A DNA stretch of 64,000 nucleotides, taken from assembly GCA_964057225.1 (NCBI GenBank), contig OZ059896.1, forward strand, positions 20,708,001-20,772,000, read 5' to 3'. This document shows, piece by piece, positions 1-10,400 of the stretch. Positions within the stretch are counted from its first letter, which is position 1; each line of letters opens with the position of its first letter. Under the pieces are notes generated by a model. It did no database searches, was not told the origin of the DNA, and saw nothing but the letters and a program-made list of their open reading frames with translations. The position numbers and the translations under genes were made by a program. Source of the stretch: Auanema rhodensis (taxonomy: Eukaryota; Animalia; Nematoda).

Positions 1-96
1 GCAGCTTAAAAATCCGCATCGAATGCACTATACTACATTGAGAAACGCTTAATACAAAAATTAGTTATGATCGTTTGAAAAATGATGCATTAGTGT

Positions 97-124
97 ATGT
101 TGAGTTTCCATGTACACTCAACAT
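97..124. other. 9-bp perfect inverted repeat with 10-nt loop (hairpin B), once per monomer; example copy
   Basis: ATGTTGAGT-[TTCCATGTAC]-ACTCAACAT. Confidence 0.88.
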
Positions 125-151
125 TGCTTCCAAAATCATTTTGACAAAACT

Positions 152-163
152 TTTTTCGAAAAA
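152..163. other. 12-bp perfect palindrome within an A/T-tract-rich segment; example copy
   Basis: TTTTTCGAAAAA, flanked imperfectly by TTTTGA...TCAAAA. Confidence 0.8.
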
Positions 164-274
164 TTTCAAAATAATTTAGCAAAAAGTAGATGTTTTTAGA
201 TTTCTTTTTTTAAGGCAAAAACGATGGACAATGTTATTCAACGAAAAAATTAGTTCTTCAGGGTGAAAATCGAG

Positions 275-305
275 GATATAAGTGTGAACTTATATCAGTT
301 GATAT
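275..305. other. 9-bp perfect inverted repeat with 4-nt loop (hairpin C), overlapped by a 6-bp inverted repeat; example copy
   Basis: GATATAAGT-[GTGA]-ACTTATATC (275-296) and ATATCA-[GT]-TGATAT (292-305). Confidence 0.85.
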
Positions 306-1358
306 CTCGGTGCATTTTTAAGCTAGCGCAAATCTGATAACAAAGATCGACGCAGCTTAAAAATCTGCATCGAATGCACTATACTACATCAAGAAACGCT
401 TGATACAAAAATTAGTTATGATCGTTTGAAAAATGATGCATTAGTGTATGTTGAGTTTCCATGTACACTCAACATTGCTTCCAAAAACATTTTGACAAAA
501 ATTTTTTCGAAAAATTTCAAAATAATTTAGCAAAAAGTAGATGTTTTTAGATTCCATTTTTCAAGGCAAAGACGATAGACAATGTTATTCAACGAAAAAA
601 TTAATTCTTCAGGGTGAAAATCGAGGATATAAGTGTGAACTTATATCAGTTGATATCTCGGTGAATTTTTAAGCTAGCGCAAATCTGATAACACAGATCG
701 ACGCAGCTTAAAAATCCACATCGAATGCACTATACTACATTGAGAAACGCTTGATACAAAAATTAGTTATGATCGTTTGAAAAATGATGCATTAGTGTAT
801 GTTGAGTTTCCATGTACACTCAACATTGCTTCCAAAAACATTTTGACAAAAATTTTTTCGAAAAATTTCAAAATAATTTAGCGAAAAGTAGATGTTTTTA
901 GATTCCTTTTTTCAAGGCAAAGACGATGGACAATGTTATTCAACGAAAAAATTAATTCTTCAGGGTGAAAATCGAGGATATAAGTGTGAACTTATATCAG
1001 TTGATATCTCGGTGCATTTTTAAGCTAGCGCAAATCTGATAACACAGATCGGCGCAGCTTAAAATCCGCATCGAATGCACTATACTACATTGAGAAACGC
1101 TTGATACAAAAATTAGTTATGATCGTTTGAAAAATGATGCATTAGTGTATGTTGAGTTTCCATGTACACTCAACATTGCTTCCAAAAACATTTTTACAAA
1201 AATTTTTTCGAAAAATTTCAAAATAATTTAGCAAAAAGTAGATGTTTTTAGATTCCTTTTTTTAAGGCAAAAACGATGGACAATGTTATTCAACGAAAAA
1301 ATTAATTCTTCAGGGTGAAAATCGAGGATATAAGTGTGAACTTATATCAGTTGATATC

Positions 1359-1425
1359 TCGGTGCATTTTTAAGCTAGCGCAAATCTGATAACACAGATC
1401 GACGCAGCTTAAAAATCCGCATCGA
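1359..1425. other. 67-nt imperfect inverted repeat (hairpin A), present once per intact monomer; example copy
   Basis: TCGGTGC-ATTTTTAAGCT-A-GCG-CAA-ATCTG-[ATAACA]-CAGAT-CGA-CGC-AGCTTAAAAAT-CC-GCATCGA. Arms 1366-1376 and 1406-1416 are exact reverse complements. Confidence 0.88.
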
Positions 1426-4400
1426 ATGCACTATACTACATTGAGAAACGCTTAATACAAAAATTAGTTATGATCGTTTGAAAAATGATGCATTAGTGTA
1501 TGTTGAGTTTCCATGTACACTCAACATTGCTTCCAAAAACATTTTGACAAAAATTTTTTCGAAAAATTTCAAAATAATTTAGCAAAAAGTAGATGTTTTT
1601 AGATTCCATTTTTCAAGGCAAAGACAATAGACAATGTTATTCAACGAAAAAATTAATTCTTCAGGGTGAAAATCGAGGATATAAGTGTGAACTTATATCA
1701 GTTGATATCTCGGTGCATTTTTAAGCTAGCGCAAATCTGATAACACAGATCGGCGCAGCTTAAAATCCGCATCGAATGCACTATACTACATTGAAAAACG
1801 CTTGATACAAAAATTAGTTATGATCGTTTGAAAAATGATGCATTAGTGTATGTTGAGTTTCCATGTACACTCAACATTGCTTCCAAAAACATTTTGACAA
1901 AAATTTTTTCGAAAAATTTCAAAATAATTTAGCAAAAAGTAGATGTTTTTAGATTCCATTTTTCAAGGCAAAGACGATAGACAATGTTATTCAACGAAAA
2001 AATTAATTCTTCAGGGTGAAAATCGAGGATATAAGTGTGAACTTATATCAGTTGATATCTCGGTGCATTTTCAAGCTAGCGCAAATCTGATAACACAGAT
2101 CGACGCAGCTTAAAAATCCGCATCGAATGCACTATACTACATTGAGAAACGCTCAATACAAAAATTAGTTATGATCGTTTGAAAAATGATGCATTAGTGT
2201 ATGTTGAGTTTCCATGTACACTCAACATTGCTTCCAAAATCATTTTGACAAAACTTTTTTCGAAAAATTTCAAAATAATTTAGCAAAAAGTAGATGTTTT
2301 TAGATTTCTTTTTTTAAGGCAAAAACGATGGACAATGTTATTCAACGAAAAAATTAGTTCTTCAGGGTGAAAATCGAGGATATAAGTGTGAACTTATATC
2401 AGTTGATATCTCGGTGCATTTTTAAGCTAGCGCAAATCTGATAACACAGATCGACGCAGCTTAAAAATCTGCATCGAATGCACTATACTACATCAAGAAA
2501 CGCTTGATACAAAAATTAGTTATGATCGTTTGAAAAATGATGCATTAGTGTATGTTGAGTTTCCATGTACACTCAACATTGCTTCCAAAAACATTTTGAC
2601 AAAAATTTTTTCGAAAAATTTCAAAATAATTTAGCAAAAAGTAGATGTTTTTAGATTCCATTTTTCAAGGCAAAGACGATAGACAATGTTATTCAACGAA
2701 AAAATTAATTCTTCAGGGTGAAAATCGAGGATATAAGTGTGAACTTATATCAGTTGATATCTCGGTGAATTTTTAAGCTAGCGCAAATCTGATAACACAG
2801 ATCGACGCAGCTTAAAAATCCACATCGAATGCACTATACTACATTGAGAAACGCTTGATACAAAAATTAGTTATGATCGTTTGAAAAATGATGCATTAGT
2901 GTATGTTGAGTTTCCATGTACACTCAACATTGCTTCCAAAAACATTTTGACAAAAATTTTTTCGAAAAATTTCAAAATAATTTAGCGAAAAGTAGATGTT
3001 TTTAGATTCCTTTTTTCAAGGCAAAGACGATGGACAATGTTATTCAACGAAAAAATTAATTCTTCAGGGTGAAAATCGAGGATATAAGTGTGAACTTATA
3101 TCAGTTGATATCTCGGTGCATTTTTAAGCTAGCGCAAATCTGATAACACAGATCGGCGCAGCTTAAAATCCGCATCGAATGCACTATACTACATTGAGAA
3201 ACGCTTGATACAAAAATTAGTTATGATCGTTTGAAAAATGATGCATTAGTGTATGTTGAGTTTCCATGTACACTCAACATTGCTTCCAAAAACATTTTTA
3301 CAAAAATTTTTTCGAAAAATTTCAAAATAATTTAGCAAAAAGTAGATGTTTTTAGATTCCTTTTTTTAAGGCAAAAACGATGGACAATGTTATTCAACGA
3401 AAAAATTAATTCTTCAGGGTGAAAATCGAGGATATAAGTGTGAACTTATATCAGTTGATATCTCGGTGCATTTTTAAGCTAGCGCAAATCTGATAACACA
3501 GATCGACGCAGCTTAAAAATCCGCATCGAATGCACTATACTACATTGAGAAACGCTTAATACAAAAATTAGTTATGATCGTTTGAAAAATGATGCATTAG
3601 TGTATGTTGAGTTTCCATGTACACTCAACATTGCTTCCAAAAACATTTTGACAAAAATTTTTTCGAAAAATTTCAAAATAATTTAGAAAAAAGTAGATGT
3701 TTTTAGATTCCATTTTTCAAGGCAAAGACAATAGACAATGTTATTCAACGAAAAAATTAATTCTTCAGGGTGAAAATCGAGGATATAAGTGTGAACTTAT
3801 ATCAGTTGATATCTCGGTGCATTTTTAAGCTAGCGCAAATCTGATAACACAGATCGGCGCAGCTTAAAATCCGCATCGAATGCACTATACTACATTGAAA
3901 AACGCTTGATACAAAAATTAGTTATGATCGTTTGAAAAATGATGCATTAGTGTATGTTGAGTTTCCATGTACACTCAACATTGCTTCCAAAAACATTTTG
4001 ACAAAAATTTTTTCGAAAAATTTCAAAATAATTTAGCAAAAAGTAGATGTTTTTAGATTCCATTTTTCAAGGCAAAGACGATAGACAATGTTATTCAACG
4101 AAAAAATTAATTCTTCAGGGTGAAAATCGAGGATATAAGTGTGAACTTATATCAGTTGATATCTCGGTGCATTTTCAAGCTAGCGCAAATCTGATAACAC
4201 AGATCGACGCAGCTTAAAAATCCGCATCGAATGCACTATACTACATTGAGAAACGCTTAATACAAAAATTAGTTATGATCGTTTGAAAAATGATGCATTA
4301 GTGTATGTTGAGTTTCCATGTACACTCAACATTGCTTCCAAAAACATTTTGACAAAAATTTTTTCGAAAAATTTCAAAATAATTTAGCAAAAAGTAGATG

Positions 4401-7400
4401 TTTTTAGATTCCATTTTTCAAGGCAAAGACGATAGACAGTGTTATTCAACGAAAAAATTAATTCTTCAGGGTGAAAATCGAGGATATAAGTGTGAACTTA
4501 TATCAGTTGATATCTCGGTGCATTTTCAAGCTAGCGCAAATCTGATAACACAGATCGACGCAGCTTAAAAATCCGCATCGAATGCACTATACTACATTGA
4601 GAAACGCTTAATACAAAAATTAGTTATGATCGTTTGAAAAATGATGCATTAGTGTATGTTGAGTTTCCATGTACACTCAACATTGCTTCCAAAAACATTT
4701 TGACAAAAATTTTTTCGAAAAATTTCGAAATAATTTAGCAAAAAGTAGATGTTTTTAGATTCCTTTTTTTAAGGCAAAAACGATGGACAATGTTATTCAA
4801 CGAAAAAATTAATTCTTCAGGGTGAAAATCGAGGATATAAGTGTGAACTTATATCAGTTGATATCTCGGTGCATTTTTAAGCTAGCGCAAATATGATAAC
4901 ACAGATCGACGCAGCTTAAAAATCCGCATCGAATGCACTATACTACATTGAAAAACGCTTAATACAAAAATTAGTTATGATCGTTTGAAAAATGATGCAT
5001 TAGTGTATGTTGAGTTTCCATGTACACTCAACATTGCTTCCAAAAACATTTTGACAAAAATTTTTTCGAAAAATTTCAAAATAATTTAGCAAAAAGTAGA
5101 TGTTTTTAGATTCCATTTTTTCAAGGCAAAGACGATAGACAATGTTATTCAACGAAAAAATTAATTCTTCAGGGTGAAAATCGAGGATATAAGTGTGAAC
5201 TTATATCAGTTGATATCTCGGTGCATTTTCAAGCTAGCGCAAATCTGATAACACAGATCGACGCAGCTTAAAAATCCGCATCGAATGCACTATACTACAT
5301 TGAGAAACGCTTAATACAAAAATTAGTTATGATCGTTTGAAAAATGATGCATTAGTGTATGTTGAGTTTCCATGTACACTCAACATTGCTTCCAAAAACA
5401 TTTTGACAAAAATTTTTTCGAAAAATTTCAAAATAATTTAGCAAAAAGTAGATGTTTTTAGATTCCATTTTTCAAGGCAAAGACGATAGACAGTGTTATT
5501 CAACGAAAAAATTAATTCTTCAGGGTGAAAATCGAGGATATAAGTGTGAACTTATATCAGTTGATATCTCGGTGCATTTTCAAGCTAGCGCAAATCTGAT
5601 AACACAGATCGACGCAGCTTAAAAATCCGCATCGAATGCACTATACTACATTGAGAAACGCTTAATACAAAAATTAGTTATGATCGTTTGAAAAATGATG
5701 CATTAGTGTATGTTGAGTTTCCATGTACACTCAACATTGCTTCCAAAAACATTTTGACAAAAATTTTTTCGAAAAATTTCAAAATAATTTAGCAAAAAGT
5801 AGATGTTTTTAGATTCCATTTTTCAAGGCAAAGACGATAGACAGTGTTATTCAACGAAAAAATTAATTCTTCAGGGTGAAAATCGAGGATATAAGTGTGA
5901 ACTTATATCAGTTGATATCTCGGTGCATTTTCAAGCTAGCGCAAATCTGATAACACAGATCGACGCAGCTTAAAAATCCGCATCGAATGCACTATACTAC
6001 ATTGAGAAACGCTTAATACAAAAATTAGTTATGATCGTTTGAAAAATGATGCATTAGTGTATGTTGAGTTTCCATGTACACTCAACATTGCTTCCAAAAA
6101 CATTTTGACAAAAATTTTTTCGAAAAATTTCGAAATAATTTAGCAAAAAGTAGATGTTTTTAGATTCCTTTTTTTAAGGCAAAAACGATGGACAATGTTA
6201 TTCAACGAAAAAATTAATTCTTCAGGGTGAAAATCGAGGATATAAGTGTGAACTTATATCAGTTGATATCTCGGTGCATTTTTAAGCTAGCGCAAATCTG
6301 ATAACACAGATCGACGCAGCTTAAAAATCCGCATCGAATGCACTATACTACATTGAGAAACGCTTAATACAAAAATTAGTTATGATCGTTTGAAAAATGA
6401 TGCATTAGTGTATGTTGAGTTTCCATGTACACTCAACATTGCTTCCAAAAACATTTTGACAAAAATTTTTTCGAAAAATTTCAAAATAATTTAGCAAAAA
6501 GTAGATGTTTTTAGATTCCATTTTTCAAGGCAAAGACGATAGACAATGTTATTCAACGAAAAAATTATTTCTTCAGGGTGAAAATCGAGGATATAAGTGT
6601 GAACATATATCAGTTGATATCTCGGTGCATTTTCAAGCTAGCGCAAATCTGATAACACAGATCGACGCAGCTTAAAAATCCGCATCGAATGCACTATACT
6701 ACATTGAGAAACGCTTAATACAAAAATTAGTTATGATCGTTTGAAAAATGATGCATTAGTGTATGTTGAGTTTCCATGTACACTCAACATTGCTTCCAAA
6801 AACATTTTGACAAAAATTTTTTCGAAAAATTTCAAAATAATTTAGCAAAAAGTAGATGTTTTTAGATTCCATTTTTCAAGGCAAAGACGATAGACAATGT
6901 TATTCAACGAAAAAATTATTTCTTCAGGGTGAAAATCGAGGATATAAGTGTGAACATATATCAGTTGATATCTCGGTGCATTTTCAAGCTAGCGCAAATC
7001 TGATAACACAGATCGACGCAGCTTAAAAATCCGCATCGAATGCACTATACTACATTGAGAAACGCTTAATACAAAAATTAGTTATGATCGTTTGAAAAAT
7101 GATGCATTAGTGTATGTTGAGTTTCCATGTACACTCAACATTGCTTCCAAAAACATTTTGACAAAAATTTTTTCGAAAAATTTCAAAATAATTTAGCAAA
7201 AAGTAGATGTTTTTAGATTTCTTTTTTTAAGGCAAAAACGATGGACAATGTTATTCAACGAAAAAATTAATTCTTCAGGGTGAAAATCGAGGATATAAGT
7301 GTGAACTTATATCAGTTGATATCTCGGTGCATTTTTAAGCTAGCGCAAATCTGATAACACAGATCGACGCAGCTTAAAAATCTGCATCGAATGCACTATA

Positions 7401-10400
7401 CTACATCAAGAAACGCTTGATACAAAAATTAGTTATGATCGTTTGAAAAATGATGCATTAGTGTATGTTGAGTTTCCGTGTACACTCAACATTGCTTCCA
7501 AAAACATTTTGACAAAAATTTTTTCGAAAAATTTCAAAATAATTTAGCAAAAAGTAGATGTTTTTAGATTCCATTTTTCAAGGCAAAGACGATAGACAAT
7601 GTTATTCAACGAAAAAATTAATTCTTCAGGGTGAAAATCGAGGATATAAGTGTGAACTTATATCAGTTGATATCTCGGTGCATTTTTAAGCTAGCGCAAA
7701 TCTGATAACACAGATCGACGCAGCTTAAAAATCCACATCGAATGCACTATACTACATTGAGAAACGCTTGATACAAAAATTAGTTATGATCGTTTGAAAA
7801 ATGATGCATTAGTGTATGTTGAGTTTCCATGTACACTCAACATTGCTTCCAAAAACATTTTGACAAAAATTTTTTCGAAAAATTTCAAAATAATTTAGCA
7901 AAAAGTAGATGTTTTTAGATTCCTTTTTTCAAGGCAAAGACGATGGACAATGTTATTCAACGAAAAAATTAATTCTTCAGGGTGAAAATCGAGGATATAA
8001 GTGTGAACTTATATCAGTTGATATCTCGGTGCATTTTTAAGCTAGCGCAAATCTGATAACACAGATCGGCGCAGCTTAAAATCCGCATCGAATGCACTAT
8101 ACTACATTGAGAAACGCTTGATACAAAAATTAGTTATGATCGTTTGAAAAATGATGCATTAGTGTATGTTGAGTTTCCATGTACACTCAACATTGCTTCC
8201 AAAAACATTTTGACAAAAATTTTTTCGAAAAATTTCAAAATAATTTAGCAAAAAGTAGATGTTTTTAGATTCCTTTTTTTAAGGCAAAAACGATGGACAA
8301 TGTTATTCAACGAAAAAATTAATTCTTCAGGGTGAAAATCGAGGATATAAGTGTGAACTTATATCAGTTGATATCTCGGTGCATTTTTAAGCTAGCGCAA
8401 ATCTGATAACACAGATCGACGCAGCTTAAAAATCCGCATCGAATGCACTATACTACATTGAGAAACGCTTAATACAAAAATTAGTTATGATCGTTTGAAA
8501 AATGATGCATTAGTGTATGTTGAGTTTCCATGTACACTCAACATTGCTTCCAAAAACATTTTGACAAAAATTTTTTCGAAAAATTTCAAAATAATTTAGC
8601 AAAAAGTAGATGTTTTTAGATTCCATTTTTCAAGGCAAAGACGATGGACAATGTTATTCAACGAAAAAATTAATTCTTCAGGGTGAAAATCGAGGATATA
8701 AGTGTGAACTTATATCAGTTGATATCTCGGTGCATTTTTAAGCTAGCGCAAATCTGATAACACAGATCGGCGCAGCTTAAAATCCGCATCGAATGCACTA
8801 TACTACATTGAGAAACGCTTGATACAAAAATTAGTTATGATCGTTTGAAAAATGATGCATTAGTGTATGTTGAGTTTCCATGTACACTCAACATTGCTTC
8901 CAAAAACATTTTGACAAAAATTTTTTCGAAAAATTTCGAAATAATTTAGCAAAAAGTAGATGTTTTTAGATTCCTTTTTTTAAGGCAAAAACGATGGACA
9001 ATGTTATTCAACGAAAAAATTAATTCTTCAGGGTGAAAATCGAGGATATAAGTGTGAACTTATATCAGTTGATATCTCGGTGCATTTTTAAGCTAGCGCA
9101 AATATGATAACACAGATCGACGCAGCTTAAAAATCCGCATCGAATGCACTATACTACATTGAGAAACGCTTAATACAAAAATTAGTTATGATCGTTTGAA
9201 AAATGATGCATTAGTGTATGTTGAGTTTCCATGTACACTCAACATTGCTTCCAAAAACATTTTGACAAAAATTTTTTCGAAAAATTTCAAAATAATTTAG
9301 CAAAAAGTAGATGTTTTTAGATTCCATTTTTTCAAGGCAAAGACGATAGACAATGTTATTCAACGAAAAAATTAATTCTTCAGGGTGAAAATCGAGGATA
9401 TAAGTGTGAACTTATATCAGTTGATATCTCGGTGCATTTTCAAGCTAGCGCAAATCTGATAACACAGATCGACGCAGCTTAAAAATCCGCATCGAATGCA
9501 CTATACTACATTGAGAAACGCTTAATACAAAAATTAGTTATGATCGTTTGAAAAATGATGCATTAGTGTATGTTGAGTTTCCATGTACACTCAACATTGC
9601 TTCCAAAAACATTTTGACAAAAATTTTTTCGAAAAATTTCGAAATAATTTAGCAAAAAGTAGATGTTTTTAGATTCCTTTTTTTAAGGCAAAAACGATGG
9701 ACAATGTTATTCAACGAAAAAATTAATTCTTCAGGGTGAAAATCGAGGATATAAGTGTGAACTTATATCAGTTGATATCTCGGTGCATTTTTAAGCTAGC
9801 GCAAATCTGATAACACAGATCGACGCAGCTTAAAAATCCGCATCGAATGCACTATACTACATTGAGAAACGCTTAATACAAAAATTAGTTATGATCGTTT
9901 GAAAAATGATGCATTAGTGTATGTTGAGTTTCCATGTACACTCAACATTGCTTCCAAAAACATTTTGACAAAAATTTTTTCGAAAAATTTCAAAATAATT
10001 TAGCAAAAAGTAGATGTTTTTAGATTCCATTTTTCAAGGCAAAGACGATGGACAATGTTATTCAACGAAAAAATTAATTCTTCAGGGTGAAAATCGAGGA
10101 TATAAGTGTGAACTTATATCAGTTGATATCTCGGTGCATTTTTAAGCTAGCGCAAATCTGATAACACAGATCGGCGCAGCTTAAAATCCGCATCGAATGC
10201 ACTATACTACATTGAGAAACGCTTGATACAAAAATTAGTTATGATCGTTTGAAAAATGATGCATTAGTGTATGTTGAGTTTCCATGTACACTCAACATTG
10301 CTTCCAAAAACATTTTGACAAAAATTTTTTCGAAAAATTTCGAAATAATTTAGCAAAAAGTAGATGTTTTTAGATTCCTTTTTTTAAGGCAAAAACGATG

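Larger units (their letters stand above)
1..351. repeat. Representative monomer (phase is arbitrary, set by window start)
   Basis: Positions 1-351 are repeated from 352 with only scattered substitutions. Confidence 0.97.
1..4208. repeat. 6-monomer higher-order repeat (2104 bp) x2
   Basis: Private variants recur at +2104: CAAAATCATT (T at 136/2240), GTGAAT (661/2765), GCGAAAAG (881/2985), TTTTACAAA, AGACAATAG and TTGAAAAACG (1791/3895). 2104 = 4x351 + 2x350. Confidence 0.92.

Noticed and set aside
154-170. CENP-B box (TTCG....A..CGGG)
   Set aside because: TTCG and the A match, but the CGGG half is absent (TCAA or TCGA instead).
200-340. Hammerhead ribozyme of the type known in some satellites (minus-strand CTGAAGA from plus TCTTCAG with a later GAAA; plus-strand CTGATAA)
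   Set aside because: No stem II closes between CTGAAGA and GAAA and I found no stem I partner. The plus-strand CTGATAA does not match CUGANGA. An Infernal/Rfam search would settle it.
1-351. Tandem 5S rRNA, tRNA, snRNA or spliced-leader gene cluster
   Set aside because: I recognise no 5S, tRNA cloverleaf or Pol III A/B-box sequence by eye, and the unit is only about 31% GC. Not excluded for highly divergent ncRNAs without a covariance-model search.
1-351. Assignment to the Drosophila 359-bp (1.688) satellite or other known satellites of about 350-360 bp
   Set aside because: Only length and AT-richness are similar; I could not see sequence identity sufficient to support a name.
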